From: a virus | Taxonomy: Duplodnaviria; Caudoviricetes | Virus record (IMG/VR): IMGVR_UViG_3300031993_000007 | Length of the DNA stretch: 64,000 nucleotides | Direction: 5' to 3' (one strand) | Shown: one piece after another, positions 46,348 to 55,632 of the stretch | Layout: every line of letters begins with the position of its first letter | How positions within the stretch are numbered: position 1 is the first letter of the stretch | Notes under the pieces: generated by a model | Seen by the model: only the letters and a program-made list of their open reading frames with translations | Told to the model about the DNA's origin: nothing | Database searches by the model: none | Program-made: the position numbers and the translations under genes

Positions 46348-46894
46348 CTTCTTCATTCCTTTTGGTTTTATCAGTGACCTTAATGTCCACTGTCCAATTC
46401 GGGGCGACGTAGCTTGCAATCTTTTTCAGGAAGGTTTCTAGACTTTCGTAGTCTTCAAAACACCTGCACACAATCCGATAAAGCACAAGCATTTTGTTTT
46501 CTTTAGGAAGAATAGCAGCATACGGCTTCGGGCTGTGGATGTCATCAAATATATCCCAGATCTTGTTGCGTCCACGGATCCATTCAATTTCGTGTCTCAT
46601 GCACTTTCGTACACATCTCTTCAAGAAAAGGGGATTTATAATGCGAAGATCATCAGTAATCTTTTTCTTGGCGTGCACAATTGTAGTACCCCGATCAACA
46701 TCTACGATGATATTGGCGATAACATAGCCCTGCCATTCATATGTGACCTTCTTAAGGTCAGTAGATCCGTGCATGTATCCGCCGCAGCAGTATTTCTCCT
46801 CGTGGATTTTAAATTCTCCAATTTGAAAGCCATACATGGCTTTTTCTACGTCATTGATAAAATTGATGATAGTATACATAGGTCTCTTATACAT
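46340..46894 (-). CDS. Hypothetical, divergent paralog of 44247..44807
   Basis: IANIIVDV...T.VHAKK...LKRCVR...IVCRC. Confidence 0.7.
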   Translation of the reverse strand: MYKRPMYTIINFINDVEKAMYGFQIGEFKIHEEKYCCGGYMHGSTDLKKVTYEWQGYVIANIIVDVDRGTTIVHAKKKITDDLRIINPLFLKRCVRKCMRHEIEWIRGRNKIWDIFDDIHSPKPYAAILPKENKMLVLYRIVCRCFEDYESLETFLKKIASYVAPNWTVDIKVTDKTKRNEEDV

Positions 46895-47456
46895 CTTGCT
46901 GGGTGATTTGAGAAAAGTTGTGTTTAAGCTTGGCAAATACATCAGGATCGCTGAATAGAGCTACCTTCCTGCGTACAGGTTCAAAGTATTTATTATTGAA
47001 TATCAACAGCTTTTTGATAACAGGCGTATCCATTTGCAGATTAAACTTATAGAAAGCCGATCTGATGAAGTAGAGCTGATCTTCGGCATAACGCTTAAAG
47101 ATAATCTTATAGATATCAAACTTGGAATTCACAGCTATAACGCCGTATTCATTTTCTTTGAGTTCGTCAAGTTCCCAAAAACTTGTAGAGTTAGCGAAAT
47201 AGCAGTTTTCGTAGGTGTCAATCTCTTCAAGAACAGAGGAAAGCTGTTCAAAGTCTTCCGGAATAAAAATCTTAAGTTTGTCGTTATCAGCGATTATCCT
47301 CCTGAAGGTGTCTAGTCCTATATTGGCAGAATGGATATAGTAATGCTTTTCTTGAAGCTCTCCTCTAGCCAAGAATAACGGAACATAGATTTCACTCAGG
47401 CTTGAAACACTCCGAAAGATTGCTTCGAGCTTAGCCTTAACAGCATTTTCGATCAT
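46887..47456 (-). CDS. Hypothetical, paralog of 40553..41167
   Basis: Start ATG 47456; VKAKLEAIF; GVIAVNSKFDI. Confidence 0.75.
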   Translation of the reverse strand: MIENAVKAKLEAIFRSVSSLSEIYVPLFLARGELQEKHYYIHSANIGLDTFRRIIADNDKLKIFIPEDFEQLSSVLEEIDTYENCYFANSTSFWELDELKENEYGVIAVNSKFDIYKIIFKRYAEDQLYFIRSAFYKFNLQMDTPVIKKLLIFNNKYFEPVRRKVALFSDPDVFAKLKHNFSQITQQDV

Positions 47457-47487
47457 TTGTATCTCCTTAGGTTGGTTGTACATTCTA

Positions 47488-47530
47488 TAATATACAAACC
47501 AAAAAAAGAAAGACATCCGAAGATGTCTTT
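47488..47530 (-). promoter_or_regulatory. Terminator + early promoter cassette
   Basis: TATATTA 47488-47494; UUCG hairpin 47509-47530. Confidence 0.8.
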
Positions 47531-47531
47531 A

Positions 47532-47732
47532 TTAATATTTGAAGGCTTTTATTTTACCGCACTTCGTGCATTTGTAGATAGGGGCTTCTGTTGACATCTT
47601 GTTTTGTAGCTTGTAGTCATGGTCACACCACAAACTCGAAATCTTGGTAAGAATCCAGATGACAAGCAGGATACCCAATATAACGCACAGAATAATTATT
47701 AGCATTGTTGTTCCGTCGATAGTTATTATCAT
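47532..47732 (-). CDS. Membrane-anchored Zn-ribbon miniprotein
   Basis: TM then CDH...CTKCG. Confidence 0.7.
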   Translation of the reverse strand: MIITIDGTTMLIIILCVILGILLVIWILTKISSLWCDHDYKLQNKMSTEAPIYKCTKCGKIKAFKY

Positions 47733-47772
47733 TGTTACTCCTTTGTTAATTTGAAGAGTTACCTAGAATAAC

Positions 47773-48329
47773 TTATGAGGGTTTTTTCTTCACTTTCCGT
47801 GCAACGAACGGTTTAAACGCTTCCGGCAGTATGTTTTGGTCATTAAGAAATTTGAATATTCCGAAAAATTCCTTCAAGACATTTTTCTTGATTTCATTTG
47901 GGTTTACTGGAATCAACGAATCTAGTTCTCCGGGATCAAGCAATTCAGATATTTCTCTATAAATTAGGATATCATTACAAAGGTCTTTACTTCCCCATAG
48001 ATCCATATTAAGATCAAACAGAGTTAATTTCCTATAAACTGAACCGTCGTTATACCGCTTATATCCATGATCTTTTATCACGTAATAATACTGCTTACAA
48101 TTTTCGTCGGCTGATGTTCCGTCTTCAGTTTTAAACCATTTGCCTTCATAGGTCTTGGTATCTTCTGGAAGACTAGAAGACTTTTCAAGCTGCTTAAGCT
48201 TAGCCTTTAGATCGCTTACTTCGGCGGTTTTTCTGCAAGAGATTTCTGCGCATCTGCCAATACTTTCTTGGTTTCGGCGATCCGCTTAGAGATTTCATCT
48301 TTCGGAATCGACTCTTTCTTCTTAGCCAT
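47773..48329 (-). pseudogene. Frameshifted paralog of 51684..52235
   Basis: ATG 48329 MAKKKES...LAEK; one base missing in T5 run 48228-48232; continues TAEVSDLK...YEGKWF...YYYVIKDHGY. Confidence 0.75.
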
Positions 48330-48330
48330 A

Positions 48331-48906
48331 TTATTCACCTTCAATTGCGCTTACTGAGCCATCACTCATTTGAAATTTGGGCTCAGGCTCATCATAAACT
48401 ATATCAGACAACTTGAGCTTCGTTTCCCATCCAAAGAATTCGATAATACGATTAACGAAATCCTTGAAGTTATTCATTCGTTTGTCATCATCCATTGAAT
48501 AAGTAACGATGCTGCGACCGATGAAGAAATTGAGCAGATGATAGCGCCTTTCTTTGCTAAGATCATTGTCGTCAATAAAGTCGTCAATAAGTTTTGCCGT
48601 TTTGTTGCGGAATTTTAGATAGTCCACAGTCTTCTTGGCACAGGCCTTTACGCAGCCCTTGAGCTTCCGTTCAGGAATTACCACAAAATGGCCATCGCTC
48701 TTCTTAGCTTCCAATATGGTTTCGAAGTTGCAAATCTTTATAGTAAGTCTGGCAACAAGCTTTTCTTCCATAAAGCAACTGATAACCTTTTCATAGACAC
48801 CAGTAATCGCTCCAACCTGTGATGTACGTTCAGAAGTCCGGTATTCAAGAATATCAAAATTCTGAACAGCATCCTTTGTAATTTTGAAGAATTGACATTC
48901 GGTCAT
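48331..48906 (-). CDS. Hypothetical, paralog of 44247..44807
   Basis: ERTSQVGAITGVYEK. Confidence 0.8.
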   Translation of the reverse strand: MTECQFFKITKDAVQNFDILEYRTSERTSQVGAITGVYEKVISCFMEEKLVARLTIKICNFETILEAKKSDGHFVVIPERKLKGCVKACAKKTVDYLKFRNKTAKLIDDFIDDNDLSKERRYHLLNFFIGRSIVTYSMDDDKRMNNFKDFVNRIIEFFGWETKLKLSDIVYDEPEPKFQMSDGSVSAIEGE

Positions 48907-48927
48907 ATTTACCTCTTTCTTGGGTCG

Positions 48928-49548
48928 TTAAATTACCTGTTTGATAGCCTTTTGGGATATATCCTTTACTGCTTTTTCGTATTCTTCTTTGGTGATCTCT
49001 ATTATAGAGTCAGGCACTTCTTCAGTCAGAGAGTACGAAGTTCTGGTGTGCTTAGGTCTAAGGATGAATACCGGGTTCTTGTCATAGTCTTTGTAAATGA
49101 AGACCAAAGTTCCGATGATGTTAAATAACGGATCTCCTTGATTGAAATTGATCTTAGCTTCACTTACATGGATATAAAATCCGCTATGACCTTCTTTTGT
49201 TAATTCGTCGGTAGGATATTCATACAGATACTTATCTTTGAAGAATTCATCAAAGGCTTTATTGACAGCTTGTATGTCGTTCAGCAATTCTTGAGTAGAT
49301 CTGTCATCTTGAATCAAAACTTTCGTCTTGAATTCTTTTAAAGATTTCAAGAGGGCACTTCCAGTTGCTTCGAGCTGAATAACATGGCACTCTGGATCTC
49401 TGCCATTAGACATCATATTGGTAATGTCTGACGCATATTTGGTAATATTTACCTTAAGATTGTTAATATTATTCCGGTTATTCAGAATCTTGCGGATCTT
49501 TTCTTTAAGATCTCCAGGAAAGATAAGATTGGATTTTTGTTCAGGCAT
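48928..49548 (-). CDS. Hypothetical protein
   Basis: First gene of module. Confidence 0.75.
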   Translation of the reverse strand: MPEQKSNLIFPGDLKEKIRKILNNRNNINNLKVNITKYASDITNMMSNGRDPECHVIQLEATGSALLKSLKEFKTKVLIQDDRSTQELLNDIQAVNKAFDEFFKDKYLYEYPTDELTKEGHSGFYIHVSEAKINFNQGDPLFNIIGTLVFIYKDYDKNPVFILRPKHTRTSYSLTEEVPDSIIEITKEEYEKAVKDISQKAIKQVI

Positions 49549-49586
49549 GTTTCAATTCTCCATTGAGTTGATGGTTATACAAAAAA

Positions 49587-49641
49587 TAATATAGGCACGT
49601 TTGAATGTATAAAAAATAAAGGTCTACCCGAAGGTAGACCT
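49587..49641 (-). promoter_or_regulatory. Terminator + early promoter cassette
   Basis: TATATTA 49587-49593; UUCG hairpin 49620-49641 identical to 44037-44058. Confidence 0.8.
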
Positions 49642-49646
49642 GTTTA

Positions 49647-49937
49647 TTACTCCTGAATGAACTTCTTGAGTACGTTCTTAGCATCAATGATAATCTTATC
49701 AACAGCCTTGGCAGACTTGAACTTCTTTTCAAGACCATTGCAAATATGGATCATCAATGCCTTATGATTTGCTTCAAGATTTTCTAGCGAAGACTCTAAG
49801 AGATTTGAGAACAAGGCGTAGGCTTCACCTTGCCAAAAAGCTTCTTCGCTTGATACCGTGGTGTCTTTAGCTAAGGCAGAACTTAAGATGTTTTGGATAT
49901 CATAAACAATGCCTTTCTTTTTATCTTATTCGAGCAT
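49647..49937 (-). pseudogene. 97-codon gene with premature TAA at codon 4
   Basis: AAGGAG-ATG; MLE-stop-DKKKGIVYDIQ...KKFIQE-stop. Confidence 0.7.
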
Positions 49938-49976
49938 ATAGTCTCCTTATATCTAGCACAGATTTGCTTTCTGTTA

Positions 49977-50408
49977 TTACGGTTTGTTGGCTAAATTTGG
50001 AGCCTTCCGATCCTGCTGGCCACACGGAACTCCGTAGAGCCGTTGGGCAGCTTCATTGACAATGGTTTTGATCTTTTTCCAATTATCCATGCGTTCGTGG
50101 CTCTGACCAAACCAGTGTATAAAGTGATGTTCATGCAGGACTTTACTGTCGTTCGGTACCAAGCTGAAGAACAACTTTGCGGCCTCATCGATGTCGAAGA
50201 ATTCCTTTAACTCGGGAATCGTAAAGTACCTTCTTCTTTCCTCAGCAATCTGCCGGAGTCGGCGCTCGCTAAACTGTGACTCGTGATTTACATGCCAGCC
50301 ACCGCCAAAGCCACATCCAGCCAAGAAGAACAGACTATGACAGCAATCATCGTTGTTCTTTAAGGCCTCAATGGTTTTCTGGTATTTTTCAGTCTCTTGG
50401 ATAGGCAT
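49977..50408 (-). CDS. Hypothetical protein
   Basis: SD AGGAG. Confidence 0.75.
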   Translation of the reverse strand: MPIQETEKYQKTIEALKNNDDCCHSLFFLAGCGFGGGWHVNHESQFSERRLRQIAEERRRYFTIPELKEFFDIDEAAKLFFSLVPNDSKVLHEHHFIHWFGQSHERMDNWKKIKTIVNEAAQRLYGVPCGQQDRKAPNLANKP

Positions 50409-50416
50409 AGATTCTC

Positions 50417-51139
50417 CTAGAGAGATGCATCATAGCCAGATTCGTTAGTCTTGACTTTCTTGTTGATATACAAACCGCCGTAGAAGTGATCTCTGTCGGA
50501 ATTGTAATCATTCGATCTCGGATGTTCGTCATACGCTAAATATTTGCCGTCTTTGGCTTCTTTACCCTCTCTACAAGCCTTTCTGAGATCTTGAGAAGTC
50601 ACGATATTGTGGTTAGAAAGATTGATAACCTTGAAGCCAATATATACCCCATCTTTCATAGCCGGAGCAATGGTTGCATCTTCAAGAGCCATGTCCTTAT
50701 AAGAGCCACCCCCATTGCAAATGGTGTAATTTGCAAAGAATCCGGTCACTCCATGTTCCTTCATGTATTCGATGTCTGCCTTAAGAGCAGCCATGACGTC
50801 TTCAGAAACTGGGGTAAGGGCTAATGCAAGATTAAAGTGCACGATTTTGTAACCACCATGCTTCTCATCTTTTTCGGTAGAGTACAGATGACGCTCCCAG
50901 AGGAAGGTTCCGCCAAAGTAATGCTTGTCGAATTTTCCGTTGCAAGCATAGTACATGTCATTATTTTCCAGATCTTTGAAGCCTTCTGCCTTTCTCAATC
51001 TTTCGACAAAGATATCAACGCTGGAATTGTCGATGCGATGGATCGTAACAAAGGGGTTTTTGATTCCGTACTTTTTGACCTCCATAAAGTTGCGGATTTC
51101 GAGTTCTTGGCCAATGCCAAAGTTAGATTCTATTTGCAT
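50417..51139 (-). CDS. Hypothetical protein
   Basis: Start ATG 51139 (MQIESN). Confidence 0.8.
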   Translation of the reverse strand: MQIESNFGIGQELEIRNFMEVKKYGIKNPFVTIHRIDNSSVDIFVERLRKAEGFKDLENNDMYYACNGKFDKHYFGGTFLWERHLYSTEKDEKHGGYKIVHFNLALALTPVSEDVMAALKADIEYMKEHGVTGFFANYTICNGGGSYKDMALEDATIAPAMKDGVYIGFKVINLSNHNIVTSQDLRKACREGKEAKDGKYLAYDEHPRSNDYNSDRDHFYGGLYINKKVKTNESGYDASL

Positions 51140-51158
51140 ATAGATTATTCTCCTATAG

Positions 51159-51226
51159 GGTTGAATTGTGCGTAATTTAATATACAAGTAAAAGAAAGGC
51201 ACAAAAAATAAAGCCCCGAAGGGCTT
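51159..51226 (-). promoter_or_regulatory. Terminator + early promoter + leader cassette
   Basis: TATATTA 51178-51184; UUCG hairpin 51211-51226. Confidence 0.8.
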
Positions 51227-51230
51227 AGTA

Positions 51231-51587
51231 TTAGGGTCTTGAACTTGCGACCTTCTTTCCACTTTTATCTCCTTTGGATTTGGTGGGTTTCAGAAGTCCT
51301 TCGCAGAATTTGTGGATAGGATCTTTCTTGAGAGCCGCTTTTGCCGTATATCCCATGCCCGCATGAACCAATTCTCTGATTTGATCCATCAGTTCACTGC
51401 TTATGAGCACTGGGGCTGGATCCCAAGGAATAAATCCAATGGCCATTCTGGCATTCCACAAGTCTTCAAGACTTTCAATGTCACGCCAATCTACTACAGA
51501 TTCTGTCACTTCCTTGGGTTTAAGGTTATGACAGAACAACTTTTTCGACGGGTGTGACTTCACAAGTTTATTGTAGGTTTTAAGCAT
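51231..51587 (-). CDS. Hypothetical protein (single-gene module)
   Basis: Flanked by two cassettes; SD GGAGG. Confidence 0.75.
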   Translation of the reverse strand: MLKTYNKLVKSHPSKKLFCHNLKPKEVTESVVDWRDIESLEDLWNARMAIGFIPWDPAPVLISSELMDQIRELVHAGMGYTAKAALKKDPIHKFCEGLLKPTKSKGDKSGKKVASSRP

Positions 51588-51611
51588 TTTTGCCTCCAGT
51601 TAATGTTCAGT

Positions 51612-51675
51612 ATTTAATATACCGCCGGATCACAGAAATCTACGAAAAAAGAAAGGCCTACCTTCAGGTAGACCT
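51612..51675 (-). promoter_or_regulatory. Terminator + early promoter cassette
   Basis: TATATTA 51615-51621; hairpin 51654-51675. Confidence 0.8.
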
Positions 51676-51683
51676 AGGTTCTG

Positions 51684-52235
51684 TCATTTTGTCTTTTCCG
51701 TGGAAGGAAGAGGAAGATTTAACCCAAAGTCTTTCAACTTTTTGGAATAGTTCTTATACTGTTTTAGAACTTCTCTTTCGATCTCTTCATTGCTAACGGG
51801 CTTCAAATGGTTCGGATCACTGAAGTAACTGTAGCCTTTATCAACTTGGAAAGAGAATGTAGTATTTCTGTTATCTCCGTATACTGTCCTTTCTATGGAC
51901 AGAATATTGATAAGAAGCTTTCTGCGGACACTAACCCAACCTTTTACTGTTATATACCCTAAATCTTCTTTTACGAAGACATACTTTTTAGACATTCGAT
52001 TAGAATCAGCAGTATTCAAATACCATTTACCAGCAAGACTGGTAAAACCTTTTTTACGCTTTTCGTTGGATTTCTTCAATCTGGTTTCCAAAACCTTTAT
52101 AGAGGTCTTAAGGTTATTAATGGCAGTCTTCTTCTTTCCGACGGAAGCCTCAAGCTGCAATAGCTCTTTCTTCCGTTTATTTATAAGGGCGATTATACTT
52201 GTTACAGTTTCTTCTTTAGAAGTTGTGTTTGTCAT
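51684..52235 (-). CDS. Hypothetical, N-terminal coiled coil
   Basis: LAGKWY...YVFVKEDLGY...LKPVSNEEI. Confidence 0.8.
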   Translation of the reverse strand: MTNTTSKEETVTSIIALINKRKKELLQLEASVGKKKTAINNLKTSIKVLETRLKKSNEKRKKGFTSLAGKWYLNTADSNRMSKKYVFVKEDLGYITVKGWVSVRRKLLINILSIERTVYGDNRNTTFSFQVDKGYSYFSDPNHLKPVSNEEIEREVLKQYKNYSKKLKDFGLNLPLPSTEKTK

Positions 52236-52245
52236 AATTACTCCT

Positions 52246-52774
52246 TTAGTGCTCAGCAGCTACTAGAGCTACTTTGTGCTTAAGATTCTTAGCCCATTTG
52301 ATAATCTGACTAAACTTTCTTTCTGTAAACTCCGAAGAGATTTCATCAGCTGGAGAATCTCCCAATGCTTTATTGACATCTGCATACAGCAACTTTGAAG
52401 ACGCCTTTGTGTTGACGAATGACTTCCAGAATTTGTATCCGAATCTACCGGAATCTTCTTCCAGCAGCCAGTCGATAAAATCTTCTATCAGAGCAGATGC
52501 GCTTTCGTAGTACATGACTTCACAGTCTTCATTGTCATATCCCTTATGGCTAATGAAGTACAAGAATTCCGGCGGTAGAACCTCGTTACCCCTAACGCTA
52601 GAAAGGGCGCTTAGCGTTCCAAGCTCGCCTTCCTTTTTCCAGGTTTCGATCAGTAGATCTCCCCATCCTTTAAGCATATCCTTGAGCTTTACCTCGCTTT
52701 CTATTGCACGAAGCTCTTTCATTAGAGGATGCTTTTCAAGATCCAATCTTTCAAGAAATGATTTTTTCTGCCAT
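52246..52774 (-). pseudogene. Gene with +1 frameshift near the start
   Basis: AAGGAG-ATG 52774; removing one base of T6 run 52762-52767 gives MAEKSFLERLDLEKHP... joined to ORF 52246..52746. Confidence 0.7.
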
Positions 52775-52790
52775 AGGTCTCCTTAAGTTT

Positions 52791-52848
52791 AATTGTACAT
52801 ACTATAATATACAAATCAAAAAAAGATAAGGATGCAAAGTCCTTATCT
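52791..52848 (-). promoter_or_regulatory. Terminator + early promoter cassette
   Basis: TATATTA 52805-52811; hairpin 52824-52848. Confidence 0.8.
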
Positions 52849-52858
52849 ATTGCGTCTG

Positions 52859-53281
52859 TTACCAAGATATCTTTAGTTCAATCTCTTTGACTTGGAGTCT
52901 AGATACGCTCTCTACAACCGTGTCAATAGATTTAGCTTCCACTTTAAAACCAAGTGCTTCTAGCTTACTGTGGAAACCCATAGAGATCTTGGAGTAGTTT
53001 GTTTCTATATCATTCGAAAGCTTTGTACGAAATTTTGTATTCACCCAGTAGGGAGAATCTGTATACGCATCTGTTACATGAACAGTAACCTCTGTGTCTG
53101 GGGAGTCAACCTTATTCAATATTCTTTGTTGGATATAGGCCATCATATTTTCGAATATGTGCTTTTCAATTCCAAAGATATCTGCAAAGTGTTTCTCTTC
53201 TTCTTTGTTCTTGAGAGTTTCAGCTTGAATCTTGCGGATGAAATCCGCATTAAAGATTGGTTTATCTTCTTGTTCCGGCAT
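52859..53281 (-). CDS. Hypothetical, terminal-W family
   Basis: Start MPEQ; LEALGFKV...LKISW. Confidence 0.75.
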   Translation of the reverse strand: MPEQEDKPIFNADFIRKIQAETLKNKEEEKHFADIFGIEKHIFENMMAYIQQRILNKVDSPDTEVTVHVTDAYTDSPYWVNTKFRTKLSNDIETNYSKISMGFHSKLEALGFKVEAKSIDTVVESVSRLQVKEIELKISW

Positions 53282-53307
53282 TTTGGCCTCTTGATTTTGG
53301 GTTATTC

Positions 53308-53586
53308 TTACTTCCAAGAAATCTCATATAATGAGCACATCTTGCCAGAAGCGGAATTAAAGATTTCTTCTTTGAATCGGGATTCATAACCAGCTTTGTG
53401 GAGCTCATCCAAGACACGAGAAGTTCCCTTAGGTATGATGACTTTGATCATATTAGGGTAAAGCCTATCAGAAGATAAGGCTTCCTTTATTGCAGATTCT
53501 ATATTGAAGATAATAGTATCGCAATTAGGCGTAGCACCGTCCTTTTCTCTTGCTACTTCAAATCTGATTTGTTCAATAGATTTCAT
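53308..53586 (-). CDS. Hypothetical, terminal-W family
   Basis: MKSIEQIR...LHKAGY...EISW. Confidence 0.75.
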   Translation of the reverse strand: MKSIEQIRFEVAREKDGATPNCDTIIFNIESAIKEALSSDRLYPNMIKVIIPKGTSRVLDELHKAGYESRFKEEIFNSASGKMCSLYEISWK

Positions 53587-53633
53587 TGTGATATTTCTTT
53601 GGGTTTGAGTTTAACTGAAGGGATTTACATCGC

Positions 53634-53837
53634 CTATCCTCTATTACAGAACTTGGCCATAAGAAACTCAGTTGTATTATGGCAGCTGCAAACTTCGTTG
53701 ACGCTTACAACTCCGATCCTCTTGTAGATCCGCCAGAAGATGCGCTTGTATACTTCGAAATATCTGTAGATCCTTCTATCGATTGCATTACTAGGCTCCA
53801 CCAGATAAAACGCCTTTTTCTCTGGAAAGATTCTCAT
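53634..53837 (-). CDS. Hypothetical protein
   Basis: ATGA coupled. Confidence 0.6.
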   Translation of the reverse strand: MRIFPEKKAFYLVEPSNAIDRRIYRYFEVYKRIFWRIYKRIGVVSVNEVCSCHNTTEFLMAKFCNRG

Positions 53838-54502
53838 GGTTTCTCCTTTGAATTAGATTCTGTTTTTACAAAGTTCTCGTCGACAAACTGCTGCTGTCTA
53901 TCGTTCATGACTTTAAGTAGCTCTTGCAGTTCTTCAACAGAGGAAATTTTATATCTTGCATATGCGTCTTTGGTAAAGTCTTCTGCTGAGAATTCTTTTC
54001 TCAAATCTTGTTCGCCGGGATCTCCATAGATCGCTCTAAGAGTAAAGAGAGTTTCATCATATGTTTCCAAACTAAGACTGGTATTCCTGAATGTTTTATT
54101 TTCTTCTCTAGGAATATGGATCACAATATGACTTCCAGTCAAGCCTACATATGTTCGCGTGAAGAAGATTCCTCTAACTTTGAAGAAATCTGTCTCGTCA
54201 GCCTTTTCGCTACCGATCCTTTCACGTTTTCCATCTTTACCTGCGTCAAACAAGAAATATTCTTTTTCTTCAGTTCGTTTGAGCATTTTTCCAATAAATT
54301 CTTCTTCAAGCTTTTTAAGAGTACCTTCTTTTTCAAAGTCAATGAATTCAATACCCTTTAAAAGCTTATCCTTTTTATCTTGAAGATCGGCAATTTCATC
54401 TTTCTTTTCTGTGATTTTGTCATTGATCTCCTTGATTTGATCTCTGATCGATTCGTCCTTAAATGTATCTCCATTGATGGAGGTTGTTTTCTCAATAGCC
54501 AT
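53834..54502 (-). CDS. Hypothetical, N-terminal coiled coil
   Basis: Start 54502 (TAATG overlap). Confidence 0.75.
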   Translation of the reverse strand: MAIEKTTSINGDTFKDESIRDQIKEINDKITEKKDEIADLQDKKDKLLKGIEFIDFEKEGTLKKLEEEFIGKMLKRTEEKEYFLFDAGKDGKRERIGSEKADETDFFKVRGIFFTRTYVGLTGSHIVIHIPREENKTFRNTSLSLETYDETLFTLRAIYGDPGEQDLRKEFSAEDFTKDAYARYKISSVEELQELLKVMNDRQQQFVDENFVKTESNSKEKP

Positions 54503-54867
54503 TAGCGCCACCTAACAGTGAGATGTCCATTATTACCGAAAGATCCGGAAGTGCTAAGGCCACTTTCTTTAAGGGAGATTCTATTGTCAAGTATACACAA
54601 CTCGCTCATGGACAGCTTGGCAATAGAAGAGGTGGGATCCATTTCGTCATACAGCTCCAGTAGTCCGGGCTTGACTTCACGGATTTTAAAGGTTATTCCG
54701 CTGGAGAAACAATTATTAGGATTTTCTACGAATTTCTCAATGGCTTTCTTTATGTTTTCGAAGGCAGTTTCTACAACCTCTGGATTAACAGTTTGCTTTT
54801 GTTCCTGTTGAATGCGACGCATTTTGCTAGCAAAGCTTTCTTGAAGGGCGGGGTTATTTAGATCCAT
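54502..54867 (-). CDS. Hypothetical, terminal-W family
   Basis: FASKMRRIQ...LKESGL...LTVRW. Confidence 0.75.
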   Translation of the reverse strand: MDLNNPALQESFASKMRRIQQEQKQTVNPEVVETAFENIKKAIEKFVENPNNCFSSGITFKIREVKPGLLELYDEMDPTSSIAKLSMSELCILDNRISLKESGLSTSGSFGNNGHLTVRWR

Positions 54868-55152
54868 TTAATTCTCCTTTGTCCAATATGGGTTAGCTAC
54901 TGATCTGTTGCCATGTTTATCTATAGGAAGCTCTGATTCTCCCCATTCGACGGTTATATCATCCAAGCCTCTGCCTTTCCAGCCGAAGCTTGCGATGATC
55001 ATAGCGTCATCGTAGCTTTCGCTCTCGTAGAAGGTTACTCGACGATTTTCAGCTGGAATTACTCCAGAAACCTTATACAATTCGGTCTTTCCGAAGATTC
55101 CAGCAAGGATAAACATGAAAGCTATGAATGCAAATAAAATGAGTAATGGCAT
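54868..55152 (-). CDS. Membrane-anchored hypothetical
   Basis: Start MPLLIL after AGGAG; N-terminal TM. Confidence 0.7.
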   Translation of the reverse strand: MPLLILFAFIAFMFILAGIFGKTELYKVSGVIPAENRRVTFYESESYDDAMIIASFGWKGRGLDDITVEWGESELPIDKHGNRSVANPYWTKEN

Positions 55153-55160
55153 AGTATCTC

Positions 55161-55343
55161 CTAGATTATGAACATATGAAACAAGTCTATAGCATTCAGG
55201 ATGTAGAAAAGGATACAGACTACTCCGATTAGAGTTTCTTCTTTCCGTCCTTTTCCATTCCACCAGATGATGATAGCCGGGATGCCTGCTATTAAGTAGA
55301 CAAACTGCGTTATGATCAGAAGGATTCTACTGACTTCTTCCAT
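55161..55343 (-). CDS. Small two-TM protein
   Basis: Two hydrophobic helices. Confidence 0.65.
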   Translation of the reverse strand: MEEVSRILLIITQFVYLIAGIPAIIIWWNGKGRKEETLIGVVCILFYILNAIDLFHMFII

Positions 55344-55558
55344 TATTTTGTCTCCTGACGGTTGGGTTGTTCTATTTTCTCAAGGAATTCCAAGAGTTTG
55401 ACCTGACACTCGCCACATGTATGAGCGTCCATCAAAGTCTGTGCAACCACAGTTTTAGCTTCTTTGGGATCCTTGTTAGAACCCGGAAAGGGCATAGGAA
55501 AGGCTATGCGATTAGTGTAGCAAGCGTCCTTTCCGCATTTAATACATTTTTCTGTCAT
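55343..55558 (-). CDS. Small Zn-finger protein
   Basis: CIKC...CGEC. Confidence 0.7.
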   Translation of the reverse strand: MTEKCIKCGKDACYTNRIAFPMPFPGSNKDPKEAKTVVAQTLMDAHTCGECQVKLLEFLEKIEQPNRQETK

Positions 55559-55588
55559 TGTCTACCTCGTTATGTTGAACACAAAAAT

Positions 55589-55630
55589 TAATATACATAC
55601 AAAAAATAAAGACGAACCCGAAGGTTCGTC
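55589..55630 (-). promoter_or_regulatory. Terminator + early promoter cassette
   Basis: TATATTA 55589-55595; UUCG hairpin 55611-55630. Confidence 0.8.
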
Positions 55631-55632
55631 AT

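Noticed and set aside
41513-49928. TAA reassignment suggested by two in-frame TAA codons
   Set aside because: TAA ends many genes, including sheath and capsid, directly before terminators, and long core genes have no internal stops; point mutations are more parsimonious.
42947-51675. Repeated palindrome AGGTCTACCCGAAGGTAGACCT as CRISPR repeats or attC sites
   Set aside because: Copies are kilobases apart, have UUCG-type loops and T-tracts typical of terminators, and there is no cas or integrase gene in the window.
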